IMG/VR virus record: IMGVR_UViG_3300035670_000034
Span: 64,001 to 128,000 of that record
Source: a virus
Length of the DNA: 64,000 bases
Strand: one strand, 5' to 3'
Part shown: positions 38,295 to 47,168 of the stretch, piece after piece
Numbering within the stretch: the first letter of the stretch is position 1
Layout: each line of letters opens with the position of its first letter
Translations under genes and position numbers: made by a program
The notes under the pieces: model-generated
Database searches by the model: none
The model's input: the letters and a program-made list of their open reading frames with translations, nothing else
What the model was told of the DNA's origin: nothing

Positions 38295-38489
38295 TCAGAT
38301 ACGCCGTGCCACACTTGACGGTGGGCAGTCTATGTATGGGTAATGAATAGGCTCGGTGTCCTCGCATAGGCAGAACCCGAAGATACCCACTTGCGTTTCG
38401 TGCGTGAGCGTGGCTAAGTCACCCCAACTCATCTGCTCGCCCCGCTCGTGGGCTTCACGCCAATAGGCAATAAACTCTTGTGGGGTCAT
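38295..38489 (-). CDS. Hypothetical protein
   Basis: ATGA overlap; FCLCED. Confidence 0.7.
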   Translation of the reverse strand: MTPQEFIAYWREAHERGEQMSWGDLATLTHETQVGIFGFCLCEDTEPIHYPYIDCPPSSVARRI

Positions 38490-38623
38490 TTCTTCTCCTC
38501 AGCGTCGTCGCTCAGCATTTCGCTCAGCATTTCTTGGTTCTTTTCGTGGAGTTCTTGGGCTGGTCGCATTATTTCTCCAACCAACTCAAGCACAAGTTCG
38601 TGTATGGTCTTGCTTTCGCTCAT
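38486..38623 (-). CDS. 45-aa acidic microprotein
   Basis: Motif-A start. Confidence 0.7.
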   Translation of the reverse strand: MSESKTIHELVLELVGEIMRPAQELHEKNQEMLSEMLSDDAEEKK

Positions 38624-38625
38624 AC

Positions 38626-39009
38626 CTACACCTTACAGGCAATAATAGTATTAGACACTTTACCAGCATCTATCCATGTTTCGCCGTTAGAAGCCCACAA
38701 TCCGAACTGTCGCATGACTGCGAGACGCCCCGCATCTCCGAGTTCGTCGTTTAGCACGGCAAGGTCAGCGTTCACCTCATCAAGTTCTTCCTGAGTGCCT
38801 TCATCTTCCAATCGCCAACGGTTGAGTATCGCAAGTATGAACGCCTCGTATGCGCTCAACTTGTAGTAGCCCTCGCCGTCTGGCGCAATAGACAGAACCA
38901 AACTCATAAACTCATCAAGCGTGGCATAGGTTGGCAATACCCCTGATACCGGGGCCCCACCGTCACCCCCTTGCGGAGTGGCGGTTGGGGTTGTAGTGGG
39001 GGCGGTCAT
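38626..39009 (-). CDS. Hypothetical protein
   Basis: ATGA overlap. Confidence 0.7.
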   Translation of the reverse strand: MTAPTTTPTATPQGGDGGAPVSGVLPTYATLDEFMSLVLSIAPDGEGYYKLSAYEAFILAILNRWRLEDEGTQEELDEVNADLAVLNDELGDAGRLAVMRQFGLWASNGETWIDAGKVSNTIIACKV

Positions 39010-39368
39010 ACCGCCACCCCCACCGTGACCCTCGTATGTGGTTTCAGCGTGACAACTTGGTTCACAGCGTCGTTGGTAATGTCACCTGACGCAACCGCCT
39101 TGTCAAACTTCTTGGTATCCACTTTCAGGGCAGTCACCTTGTCAAAGGCGTTAGGTGCGACCATGCGGAGAGTGTCAAGGTCAAAGACCCTATTGTTCAC
39201 TTCCTCAATGGCGACCATGTGACCGTCGCTAGTGGCGTGTCGGGTAATGCCTGCTAGGGCAAAGTCTGCTTCCAGCGTCGCACGGTGCTTCGCTAGTGCT
39301 TCCTCAGCCTCTTTCAGGTTGTCGTAGGCTCGCTTGTAAGCGTCAGCCGTTTCGGTGAGTGTTGTCAT
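39006..39368 (-). CDS. Hypothetical protein (N-terminal coiled coil)
   Basis: Motif-A start. Confidence 0.8.
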   Translation of the reverse strand: MTTLTETADAYKRAYDNLKEAEEALAKHRATLEADFALAGITRHATSDGHMVAIEEVNNRVFDLDTLRMVAPNAFDKVTALKVDTKKFDKAVASGDITNDAVNQVVTLKPHTRVTVGVAV

Positions 39369-39446
39369 GCTATGACCTTACAGGCAATAATGGGATTACG
39401 CAACCTACGCTGAGTGGTCGCCTGACCACAGAACTAGCGCACAAAG

Positions 39447-39466
39447 TTATCCACAGGCTATCCACA
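39447..39466 (+). promoter_or_regulatory. DnaA-box pair
   Basis: TTATCCACA at 39447, CTATCCACA at 39458 (11-bp phasing). Confidence 0.6.
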
Positions 39467-39551
39467 CCCGCCGTAGTCGGCTGCCCCGCTTCGCTGGGGC
39501 TGGGGTGTTGCGCCTGCTGCCGAAACCCGGGGCCGGTGGGTGCGCTTATCT

Positions 39552-39734
39552 CTATCCTCTACGGTGGTGGAAAGCGTACTTGATGCGGTAGTAAGCCGAC
39601 ATAACTTTATCCCAAAGCGTCATTCTGTGGTCGTCTCCGCCCCGCATGATGGCATCAAGCAACCGCTTCATTTCGTCGTTGGTCATTTCTTCTATTGGTT
39701 TGATGTGTGGTTTATTCATAGTCCTATTACGCAC
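39552..39734 (-). CDS. Hypothetical protein ending inside motif C
   Basis: C-terminus FHHRRG* is encoded by the motif-C copy. Confidence 0.55.
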   Translation of the reverse strand: MRNRTMNKPHIKPIEEMTNDEMKRLLDAIMRGGDDHRMTLWDKVMSAYYRIKYAFHHRRG

Positions 39735-40011
39735 GACCTACCCCGAACTGTGACACTTCGGCGTAGATAAGTTCGTATGACTTTATCCGAAAGTCCTCGT
39801 TGTCGTGCTTCTTGCTCAGGTGTTCTAGTTCGGCTACGCCCTCGGCGTAGTAGAAGATTTCTGTGTCGGTCACCCCGAACTCGTCTGAGATTACGTCGCC
39901 GTTATCGTCGGCAAGTTCCTTGCCCAGCGAGATGTAGCGTGCGTGCGCCCCGTTGGTCGGGTCGTCGTTCCAGATAATCTCGCACTCAGCCCCAATGGCT
40001 ACCTCAGTCAT
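39727..40011 (-). CDS. Acidic hypothetical protein
   Basis: ATGA overlap. Confidence 0.7.
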   Translation of the reverse strand: MTEVAIGAECEIIWNDDPTNGAHARYISLGKELADDNGDVISDEFGVTDTEIFYYAEGVAELEHLSKKHDNEDFRIKSYELIYAEVSQFGVGRA

Positions 40012-40517
40012 GCTGCGCCCCTCTTTCGCCAAGTGGTCGGGTCAAGTGGGCATACTGCTGGCTCGCTAAACACCTTCTCGTAAAGGTCACGCCCTGCCTG
40101 CCAATCGGTTGCCCAATCGCCGTCTGAGCCAATGTCCACAATGTCGCCGTAGATGACTTTCGCACGAATGAGTATGGCGGTCACTACTGCGTCGTAGGGC
40201 TTCTGGGCGGTCTTACAGAAGTCAAATATTTCGTTCTCCTGAACCGTGCCACGCTTGTAGGCTCGCTGGTGGTCAGGTTGCTCAGGTGCGCCTTCCCACG
40301 CAAATCCCTCGTAGGCTAAGCCGTCTTTCTCAGAGCCGTTGAGTGCGAAGTAGGACTCGGTGAACTCAGGTTCGCCGTCGCCCCACGCCCCACAGATTTC
40401 CAAGCCTTGCGCCTGAGCCTCGGCAATAATCGCCTTAGCGTCAAGGGCAAGCCTGCCATACTGCTCGGCAGTACCGACATTTCGCTTGTCTCGGGTGAAG
40501 TAATGTGTGTATCCCAT
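40008..40517 (-). CDS. Conserved phage hypothetical protein (MGYTHY family)
   Basis: MGYTHYF...FDFCKTAQKPYDAVVTAILI...SDGDW; motif-A start. Confidence 0.8.
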   Translation of the reverse strand: MGYTHYFTRDKRNVGTAEQYGRLALDAKAIIAEAQAQGLEICGAWGDGEPEFTESYFALNGSEKDGLAYEGFAWEGAPEQPDHQRAYKRGTVQENEIFDFCKTAQKPYDAVVTAILIRAKVIYGDIVDIGSDGDWATDWQAGRDLYEKVFSEPAVCPLDPTTWRKRGAA

Positions 40518-40557
40518 ACTTAGAACTTACAGGCAATAATGATGTAAGCCAACTCGA

Positions 40558-40917
40558 TTACAGCGTGGCTTCGTGAGCGTCGTCTAGGCACTCAGCGCAA
40601 GTCCCGTCGCCGTTCATTACAGATGCGTCACGATGTATCGGGCATACTTCGTTGCCCTGTGCGTCTGCGTATTTCAACTGAATACTGACTACCTCATCGT
40701 CGGGGCAGGTGAACCGAATGTCCACGCTGAACCAACCCATAACAGTCCTCAGTAGGTTGTCATAATCTGATTGCGTCGCCTCTGTGTGAAAGGCTTGCCA
40801 CTCGCTATCGGGCAGCCCCGCTCGTTCCATGATGCGCTTGATGCGCCCCAGAATGGCGAAAGCATTTCCATCTTCGCCCACCATAGGGATAACTATGTTT
40901 GGATACTTAGTTTTCAC
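40558..40917 (-). CDS. Conserved phage hypothetical protein
   Basis: GEDGNAFAILG...SDYDNLL; GTG 6 nt after motif-A -10. Confidence 0.8.
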   Translation of the reverse strand: MKTKYPNIVIPMVGEDGNAFAILGRIKRIMERAGLPDSEWQAFHTEATQSDYDNLLRTVMGWFSVDIRFTCPDDEVVSIQLKYADAQGNEVCPIHRDASVMNGDGTCAECLDDAHEATL

Positions 40918-40954
40918 GCTTTGACCTTACAGGCAATAATGGTGTAACGCAACC

Positions 40955-41482
40955 TCAGCAGATTTGGAAACCACCACAGCCCTCTAAGAACTCGCAGAAC
41001 TCAGCGACATTTTCCGTTGAGAACGGATACTCAGCCTCAAAGCCAAGCCTAGAACCTTCGCCGTTACAGCCATTACACGAGCCGTGTGTGCGACCTGTAA
41101 GTATCTGTATTTCAGTAGGCAGTTCCTTAGTTGGCATTTCGTGTGCCACCCCCACCTCGTCGGTGCGGATACCTGTTCCGTCACACCAATCGCATTTCTC
41201 TCTGGGCAGGCTCGCCAAGTATTCGTTGTATTTGCGCTGATACTCAGCAGTAATGCCGTTATCCAAGTCGTAACGAAGTGCTTTGGCAAGTTCCAACGCC
41301 TTTTCAGCGTCTAGACCTGCGCCGTCGTTGCTATGCCAATACTCAGGGTCGCAACCGCTTGTGGCGATTTCGCCGTGTTGCGACAAGATGTAGTCGGCTA
41401 ACGGTCTCCACCACCAGACATTATTGCGGAAGTAGTGACCTTTTTCAGTTGTCGGCTCTATGCCGTAGACATCCATTCCCAT
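40955..41482 (-). CDS. Hypothetical protein with DnaJ-type Zn-finger repeats
   Basis: CDWCDGTG and CNGCNGEG; motif-A start. Confidence 0.8.
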   Translation of the reverse strand: MGMDVYGIEPTTEKGHYFRNNVWWWRPLADYILSQHGEIATSGCDPEYWHSNDGAGLDAEKALELAKALRYDLDNGITAEYQRKYNEYLASLPREKCDWCDGTGIRTDEVGVAHEMPTKELPTEIQILTGRTHGSCNGCNGEGSRLGFEAEYPFSTENVAEFCEFLEGCGGFQIC

Positions 41483-41511
41483 AGCAGTACCTTACAGGCA
41501 ATAATGCCTTA

Positions 41512-41751
41512 TCACAACTCCACGCCTTCGGCTATCGCCAAGAAGCCGGGGCCATTCATTTCGGGGTCTCTCGTAGGAAGAACTACCGTGCCGTCAGTCA
41601 TCACGATTTGTATGACAGGCTCATTTATGTCATCCCAGCCCAAAGCCTCAAGTTCTAGGGGTTGAACAAGTCGCACCGAGCGCACCTTTTTGCCAACGAT
41701 GGCCCCGTAATACTCAAGTGCGCTTATCTCTGTTTCGGTAATCATTCGCAC
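41512..41751 (-). CDS. Hypothetical protein
   Basis: RDPEMNGPG motif; overlaps upstream gene. Confidence 0.7.
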   Translation of the reverse strand: MRMITETEISALEYYGAIVGKKVRSVRLVQPLELEALGWDDINEPVIQIVMTDGTVVLPTRDPEMNGPGFLAIAEGVEL

Positions 41752-42032
41752 TCCTCTTCGTATGGCTCGCCCTCAGCCTCAATCCAACAGTCAAGGTGGT
41801 GACCCTCTGCGATTGCGTGGGCTGGTGCTTGCGTCTTGCCTCGCCATGACACGCCCTCAGGCAGGTCAATCTGGCGGTCATAATCGCCCTCGTTACACGC
41901 CTGAATAGCCTCAATACACGGCTCAATCATGCTCGTAGGCACAGGTGGGTAGTGATTATTCGTTAGGTGGATTGCGAGTGCTTGGCGCATACTCAGCGAG
42001 TGCGCCAACTCGTCTGCCATAAGCCTGCCCAT
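41742..42032 (-). CDS. Hypothetical protein
   Basis: HLTNNHYPPVP...HHLD. Confidence 0.7.
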   Translation of the reverse strand: MGRLMADELAHSLSMRQALAIHLTNNHYPPVPTSMIEPCIEAIQACNEGDYDRQIDLPEGVSWRGKTQAPAHAIAEGHHLDCWIEAEGEPYEEECE

Positions 42033-42033
42033 T

Positions 42034-42267
42034 TCAGTTCACCTTCAGGAAGTTGAAGTTGGGCTTGACGATTGAGTTCACGGCTTTGCCGTATCCCTCT
42101 TCTTTGCCTGCCTTGCGGATAAGCCCCCACACAGCGTCGCTAACACCTGCGTAGATGTAGCGACCACCGTTGAGATACTGAACCGTGAGTGTGCGCTCAC
42201 GCTTCTCGTATCGGATTTCGGCAATCGCCGTTGAGTGCTTGGGTTTGATTGTGTTTCGCTTGAACAT
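42034..42267 (-). CDS. KTSC-domain protein
   Basis: STAIAEIRY...TLTVQY.NGG.Y.Y.GV...GKAVNS.VK; motif-A start. Confidence 0.85.
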   Translation of the reverse strand: MFKRNTIKPKHSTAIAEIRYEKRERTLTVQYLNGGRYIYAGVSDAVWGLIRKAGKEEGYGKAVNSIVKPNFNFLKVN

Positions 42268-42293
42268 ACTTAGACCTTACAGGCAATAATGAG

Positions 42294-42512
42294 TTATGCC
42301 AACTCGTTGTCTTTGCCAAACTGCAACATGGGCAGTTCCTCAATGACAGGCGAGTTCACACCGTAGAACACGGTAACCTCATCTACCTTATTGCCCTCAG
42401 CGTCATAGACATAGAGTGCGACAACAGAGAAGTCCACACTGCCGTCTTTGCGGAAGTAGGTCTTGACCTGCTTGGTGATTTTAGTTGCGTTGTGAATGTC
42501 AATGTTTGCCAT
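42294..42512 (-). CDS. Hypothetical protein
   Basis: Motif-A start. Confidence 0.8.
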   Translation of the reverse strand: MANIDIHNATKITKQVKTYFRKDGSVDFSVVALYVYDAEGNKVDEVTVFYGVNSPVIEELPMLQFGKDNELA

Positions 42513-42555
42513 GCCACCACCTTACAGGCAATAATGGGATAACGCTACTTTGACA

Positions 42556-42578
42556 GTTATCCACAGCCTGTGGATAAC
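42556..42578. promoter_or_regulatory. Inverted DnaA-box pair (perfect palindrome)
   Basis: GTTATCCACAG-C-CTGTGGATAAC, 9 bp upstream of a motif-A -35. Confidence 0.7.
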
Positions 42579-42689
42579 TCCTGCGTGCCGCCGGCCCCGC
42601 AGTCGCATCACAGCCGCACCGCCAAGAAACCGGCTCGAGCCGGGACTCGTCGTGTGTTTCTCTATCCCCTACGGTGGTGGAAACGGTTG

Positions 42690-42713
42690 TCGGGTGGGGT
42701 TTCCCCCACCCGA
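42690..42713 (-). terminator. 10-bp hairpin with GAAA loop
   Basis: TCGGGTGGGG/CCCCACCCGA just after the 42724 stop and before motif C. Confidence 0.7.
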
Positions 42714-42723
42714 ACTTCACCGA

Positions 42724-43146
42724 TTACAGGTACTCGGATACCGAACGGAGAGTGTTTGCTGAAACATACTCATCATCTGAGAGTTCCAACATACGCAGGG
42801 CGTTGGTAATCGCTTCCTTGTCTTGTCGCCAGCGATAGTCCTCGTAGGTCTTGGGCTGTTCTGGCTGTTCTGGCACAAGTGACTTCGGAATAGAGACAGT
42901 CACTTGGAACTCTTTGGTGGTCTTGCGCCGACCACCGTAATAACGGTTTTCGTCTGCGCTTTCCAGAGTTGCCTTGCCAGACTTGACGAGTTTGAGAATG
43001 GTGGCGGTGTACGCTTCCATTTCCTTGTCGTACTGAGCCTGCTTCTTGTCGTTGTTCTTGTAGTCGGCTTCCAACTCTTTCAGTTTTGCTTCCAGAGTGG
43101 TAATCAACTTGGCTTTCTTGATTTTCAGGTTGAGCGACCTAGCCAT
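42724..43146 (-). CDS. Basic coiled-coil hypothetical protein
   Basis: 140 aa; start overlaps stop of a 9-codon uORF. Confidence 0.85.
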   Translation of the reverse strand: MARSLNLKIKKAKLITTLEAKLKELEADYKNNDKKQAQYDKEMEAYTATILKLVKSGKATLESADENRYYGGRRKTTKEFQVTVSIPKSLVPEQPEQPKTYEDYRWRQDKEAITNALRMLELSDDEYVSANTLRSVSEYL

Positions 43147-43175
43147 TATCGCTTACCTCTTGTGGTGGTGTTCAT
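43146..43175 (-). other. Leaderless 9-codon upstream ORF MNTTTRGKR
   Basis: ATG 6 nt after motif-A -10; TAA overlaps next ATG. Confidence 0.6.
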
Positions 43176-43254
43176 ACCTGAACCTTACAGGCAATAATGC
43201 TTTATCGCAACTTTCGTCGTGGGACACAAGTGACGGCCCCGGTGGGTGCGCTTC

Positions 43255-43288
43255 GCCCACTCCACGCACTTCTCGTCGTGGAGTGGGC
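43255..43288 (-). terminator. 12-bp perfect hairpin
   Basis: GCCCACTCCACG/CGTGGAGTGGGC 20 nt after the 43309 stop. Confidence 0.7.
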
Positions 43289-43308
43289 TAGGCGTTGGGG
43301 GGACTTGT

Positions 43309-43761
43309 TTAGTTGTCCCAGATTGCGAGTGCGCTATCTCGTAGCGCACCTTGCCCATCGTTCTGAACCATCAGTTCGGTGTTGGTCGGGTCGCCGTAGA
43401 AACGGAGTGCCGAACCGAAGTCGCCGTTCTTGCCAACTAGGCACAGCATAGCGACACGCCGACGCTCAGGGTGTTGCGAAGGCGCAACCGTCTCGTCGTC
43501 GTTCTCGTCGGTGGGCGCAGCCCAACCTGCCGTGTAGAACGCAAGTTCGTCGTTGTTGGAGAGCATATCCCCTGCCGTTGCCAGCAGTTGATAAATGTCG
43601 CTATCCACCAACTTCTCGTCGTGACGAATAACAGGATTACCGTTCTCGTCATAGGAGACAGGCGCAATCCACGCCTTGACCTTGGGACTTGGGGGTGTAT
43701 CGGGCGACAAGGCGACTGCCCCCAGCAGGTTCATCTTGTCGGTGAGTGTGAGTGTGTTCAT
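43309..43761 (-). CDS. Hypothetical protein
   Basis: GWAAP...PSQHPERRRV; motif-A start. Confidence 0.8.
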   Translation of the reverse strand: MNTLTLTDKMNLLGAVALSPDTPPSPKVKAWIAPVSYDENGNPVIRHDEKLVDSDIYQLLATAGDMLSNNDELAFYTAGWAAPTDENDDETVAPSQHPERRRVAMLCLVGKNGDFGSALRFYGDPTNTELMVQNDGQGALRDSALAIWDN

Positions 43762-44078
43762 ACCACGACCTTACAGGCAATAATGGTTTACGACAACCCT
43801 TGTGTGTGCGAAGCAGGATTGCCCACCCCCCTTGAGCCGTTGGCCCCGAAACTTTGAACTTTCTGGTTTGGGCTGCCATTTTTGCCTTCAACGCAACAAC
43901 CTGCTGTTTGTCACTGCCGCACGCGCGCGGCGGGGCCAATCGGTATATGGCTATGTCTTACGGTGGTGGATAGCACAGGGGGACGACTGTTTATTTCAGC
44001 AGCCTATTCAGCATCGGCAACGACATCTATTGCTAGAAGTAGCGGCGTCCCGCCCCAGCCATGTCATCTGCCCCTGTG

Positions 44079-44384
44079 CTACATCTCCACTTCGTAGAAG
44101 TGTGTAGGGTCTGGTGCTTTCTTGGTAATCAAGTACCCAATGCGATTGACGTAATGGTAGCCATCTACGATTACCGTGCCGTCCTCGCCATCTATGTAAG
44201 TCCAAACATAGTGGGTTGGTTCGCTTGCGTTAGAGGTGGTGACGACGAATAGAACTTCCTCGCCGTAGGTCTCAAACAACAAACCACCCAAGCCTGCGTC
44301 ATCCGACAGGTGGTTCTCAATGGGCTGAAACTCTTTTTCCCAAGCCTCAAAGTCCATCTTCTTGATAGTTAGTTTTACGCTCAT
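44079..44384 (-). CDS. Conserved phage hypothetical protein
   Basis: FETYGEEV...VWT..DG...G.HYVNRIGYLIT; motif-A start. Confidence 0.8.
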   Translation of the reverse strand: MSVKLTIKKMDFEAWEKEFQPIENHLSDDAGLGGLLFETYGEEVLFVVTTSNASEPTHYVWTYIDGEDGTVIVDGYHYVNRIGYLITKKAPDPTHFYEVEM

Positions 44385-44410
44385 GGATAAATCTTACAGG
44401 CAATAATGAG

Positions 44411-44620
44411 TTATGCCGACCCAAGCCTTGCCATCAGGGTTGCATGCATATCGGAATCACGATTTACATCTTCTTGTGTGGTGATGTCTTCCCACTGCTC
44501 GGTCTCGTCATCCCAGATGGCCCCGTCTGGGAAACGTGCATCAAGAGAGTTGTGGTCAATATGGAAGACAGGCTGTCCGTTTTCCATCCAGCACTCAACG
44601 ATGAAGTAGTGCTTTTTCAT
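44411..44620 (-). CDS. Hypothetical protein
   Basis: ATGA overlap. Confidence 0.75.
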   Translation of the reverse strand: MKKHYFIVECWMENGQPVFHIDHNSLDARFPDGAIWDDETEQWEDITTQEDVNRDSDMHATLMARLGSA

Positions 44621-44811
44621 TTCTTGCCACCCATGTAATGCTCAATGATGCGACGAAGCCCTGCTCCGTGTTCATACCACTCGCCGTGTGGGTCTGCGCC
44701 CTGTTCATACTCGGCTTTGAGTTCTGCTGGCAACTCGTCGGTGTTGATGATTATTGCTTCATCAACAGCGAAGTAGGTGTCAGTTCCTGGGTGTACGACG
44801 ATTAAGTTCAT
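44617..44811 (-). CDS. Hypothetical protein
   Basis: Motif-A start. Confidence 0.8.
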   Translation of the reverse strand: MNLIVVHPGTDTYFAVDEAIIINTDELPAELKAEYEQGADPHGEWYEHGAGLRRIIEHYMGGKK

Positions 44812-44837
44812 GTTTGTACCTTACAGGCAATAATGCT

Positions 44838-45017
44838 CTATGCCAACTCTGCTTCTATGCGGAAGTTGGAAATGTCCATCGGAAGTAGGTCGTCGCTAAT
44901 AACGGCGTCCATCGCCTTGCTCTCGGCGTCGGCCCCGTCCTCGGCGAACACCGTGACGGTTGTGATGTGGTAGTCGGCAACGAAATGCACGTTCCAACGA
45001 GTTAGGGTGTCAGTCAT
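44838..45017 (-). CDS. Acidic hypothetical protein
   Basis: TVTVFAEDGADAESKA. Confidence 0.7.
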   Translation of the reverse strand: MTDTLTRWNVHFVADYHITTVTVFAEDGADAESKAMDAVISDDLLPMDISNFRIEAELA

Positions 45018-45019
45018 AC

Positions 45020-45499
45020 TCACCATGAAGCCTGATAGGCGAAGTACCACTCGCTGGGCATTGACACGGCTTTTTCAAGTATCTTGACCGTATCTTCAAG
45101 GTCGGAGAAGTAATACTCATCGTATTCGGTACTCCCGAAGAAGAACCCAGACTGTGTTGGCAGTAGTTCCTCGGCTCTACCCTGCTCGGCAAGAACTTCT
45201 TTGACCGTAGCCAACAGTTCTTCAAGTTTCTCACGAGACACATAGACTTCTCGGCAGTCATCTTCGCCATTGGCGCAGTTGTCCACGAACCATTGGTGTA
45301 CGGCATTGACCTTGCGCCAATAACCGATTTTCATGTCAATGATGATGGTTCCGCCAAAAGTAGTGTCAAGGTACTGTGTGTCCTCGCCAATGGCTTCCTT
45401 CAACTTCTGGAAGTCGGCATTTTTCTTCTGCCATGTCGGCTCCTCAAAGTCGTTGCTGAACGTATATTTCTTTGCGTATAAGTATTGGTCTAATCCCAT
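45020..45499 (-). CDS. Conserved phage hypothetical protein (MGLD..YWRK.N family)
   Basis: MGLDQYL...GYWRKVNAVHQWFV...LPTQSGFFFGSTEYDEYY...YQASW; motif-A start. Confidence 0.85.
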   Translation of the reverse strand: MGLDQYLYAKKYTFSNDFEEPTWQKKNADFQKLKEAIGEDTQYLDTTFGGTIIIDMKIGYWRKVNAVHQWFVDNCANGEDDCREVYVSREKLEELLATVKEVLAEQGRAEELLPTQSGFFFGSTEYDEYYFSDLEDTVKILEKAVSMPSEWYFAYQASW

Positions 45500-45665
45500 A
45501 CCTGCACCTTACAGGCAATAATGAAGTAAGACAACTTATTGCTCGCTCTCGTATGGCGGCACTTGCCAAGTTTCGGGGTTGTCCAGACAGGCCCCGCAGA
45601 TGTCTTCGTCGTCGGTGTACTCTTCTGGCAACTTGTAGCCGCACCCTGCGGCGCAGTAGCGGGAC

Positions 45666-45950
45666 TCACTCATCGTCCCCACGCTCCTCAATGACGGCTC
45701 GGATTTCTTTAAGGCTGTCCCTGAAGTTCCTGCGCCATTCGTTCCACATGGCTTCGTCTTGCATCATGTGATTGGCGAGTTCTTCAAAGTCGCTCGGTGA
45801 GCGGTCTTTCCACCACTCAAGGTCGTCGGCATTGGGGGCGAGACGTGGATGTGTAGACGCAAGTCCAAGCATCTCACTGACTTCCTCCTTTAGGTCGGCC
45901 GGCATCATGCTGATGACGAACGCCGTCTCATAATGTGTTCTGTCGCTCAT
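45666..45950 (-). CDS. Hypothetical protein
   Basis: ATG 2 nt after a motif-C copy. Confidence 0.75.
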   Translation of the reverse strand: MSDRTHYETAFVISMMPADLKEEVSEMLGLASTHPRLAPNADDLEWWKDRSPSDFEELANHMMQDEAMWNEWRRNFRDSLKEIRAVIEERGDDE

Positions 45951-45977
45951 GGCTATGTCCTACGGTGGTGGAAAGGG

Positions 45978-46352
45978 CTACTTGCCAGCAACCAGATACT
46001 CGGTTGCCATTGTCCACAGATGCTCTGCTGAGTCATAGAAAGATTGCTCAACATCTTCAAGCCTCATTGACGGAATGATTCTGACAACAGGCAAAGACTC
46101 AATGCCCTGCTCGTGGAATATGTTCCAACCGCCATCAGTAGCCCACACTTCAAGCCGTGCGTAAGACTGCTCGTCGTAGTAGTTGCGCCGAATGACGACA
46201 CGGATTTTGGTACGGAAGTGCTTGTGAATCCCACTAGGACCGAAAGCACGAATCTCGGTGTAATACCAAGACTGTTGGTGATTGCGGAATGTCACATCGT
46301 TGCCATCTTCGGTGACGGTGTGATACCCCATGTGATTTGTGGTTGTAATCAT
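45978..46352 (-). CDS. Hypothetical protein
   Basis: Motif-A start. Confidence 0.8.
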   Translation of the reverse strand: MITTTNHMGYHTVTEDGNDVTFRNHQQSWYYTEIRAFGPSGIHKHFRTKIRVVIRRNYYDEQSYARLEVWATDGGWNIFHEQGIESLPVVRIIPSMRLEDVEQSFYDSAEHLWTMATEYLVAGK

Positions 46353-46379
46353 ACTTGGACCTTACAGGCAATAATCACT

Positions 46380-46577
46380 TTAGACAACCTCTTCGTATGT
46401 ATCAAAGCAGTCGTATGCCTCAAAGTATTCGGTTCGGTTGGCGAGCAGTCCCGAGATGCGAGCCAGCAGGGCTGCGATTATCTTGTCGGACTCCTTGTTC
46501 CAAGCATCTTGGCTGTCTGCGTGTTCGCAGTTTGGCACGGCGAATGCGATGCTGTAGGCGTGATTGTATTTAGTCAT
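46380..46577 (-). CDS. Hypothetical protein
   Basis: ATGA overlap. Confidence 0.7.
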   Translation of the reverse strand: MTKYNHAYSIAFAVPNCEHADSQDAWNKESDKIIAALLARISGLLANRTEYFEAYDCFDTYEEVV

Positions 46578-46867
46578 GTCAGGACCTCAACTTCAAGTGC
46601 TTTGTGGGATTGATTGCCATTCATGAACTCTTCGTTATAGCGGTCCCAGAACTCGGGGGCATCTTCATCTATGGGGTATGTGAAGTCACCGCCATAGTCC
46701 TTCACCCACTCGCCATTCTTGTGGACGTGCTGATACTTATCTTCAAGTGTCATCTTGTCCCATCCGTCTGGCAGGGTCTTTAGCGACCAATACTCGGCTC
46801 GGTCGCTTCTCCACAGGTTGTTTTCGCTCACCTCTTCGGTGATGAAGCGCAGCACTATTTCGCTCAC
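46574..46867 (-). CDS. Acidic hypothetical protein
   Basis: GTGA overlap. Confidence 0.75.
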   Translation of the reverse strand: MSEIVLRFITEEVSENNLWRSDRAEYWSLKTLPDGWDKMTLEDKYQHVHKNGEWVKDYGGDFTYPIDEDAPEFWDRYNEEFMNGNQSHKALEVEVLT

Positions 46868-47142
46868 TTCACAGCCTCGTTTGCCAGAAACTCACTTGTT
46901 AGACCCTCGATGGCTTCCTTGACGCCATCGGCGGTGAAGTGCCTGTAATCCTTAGCATCTTCTTCGCTCACCTCAACGGCGTCCCATGGTCTGTCCCAAT
47001 CAAGTAGTTCAATCTCAACGATTGGGGCGGTTGAGTACGCACCCTCGTCGCTGAAACTAATGGTCGGGTCGTCGTCGTCCTCGCACTCGTAAAGGTACTG
47101 AACGTTGATTTCAACTGTCTGATGAATGATGTATTTCTTCAT
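46864..47142 (-). CDS. Acidic hypothetical protein
   Basis: Motif-A start. Confidence 0.8.
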   Translation of the reverse strand: MKKYIIHQTVEINVQYLYECEDDDDPTISFSDEGAYSTAPIVEIELLDWDRPWDAVEVSEEDAKDYRHFTADGVKEAIEGLTSEFLANEAVK

Positions 47143-47168
47143 GCGTAGACCTTACAGGCAATAATGGT

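Noticed and set aside
39006-39368. Gam-like host-nuclease inhibitor call
   Set aside because: Only generic coiled-coil resemblance and no diagnostic motif I can support
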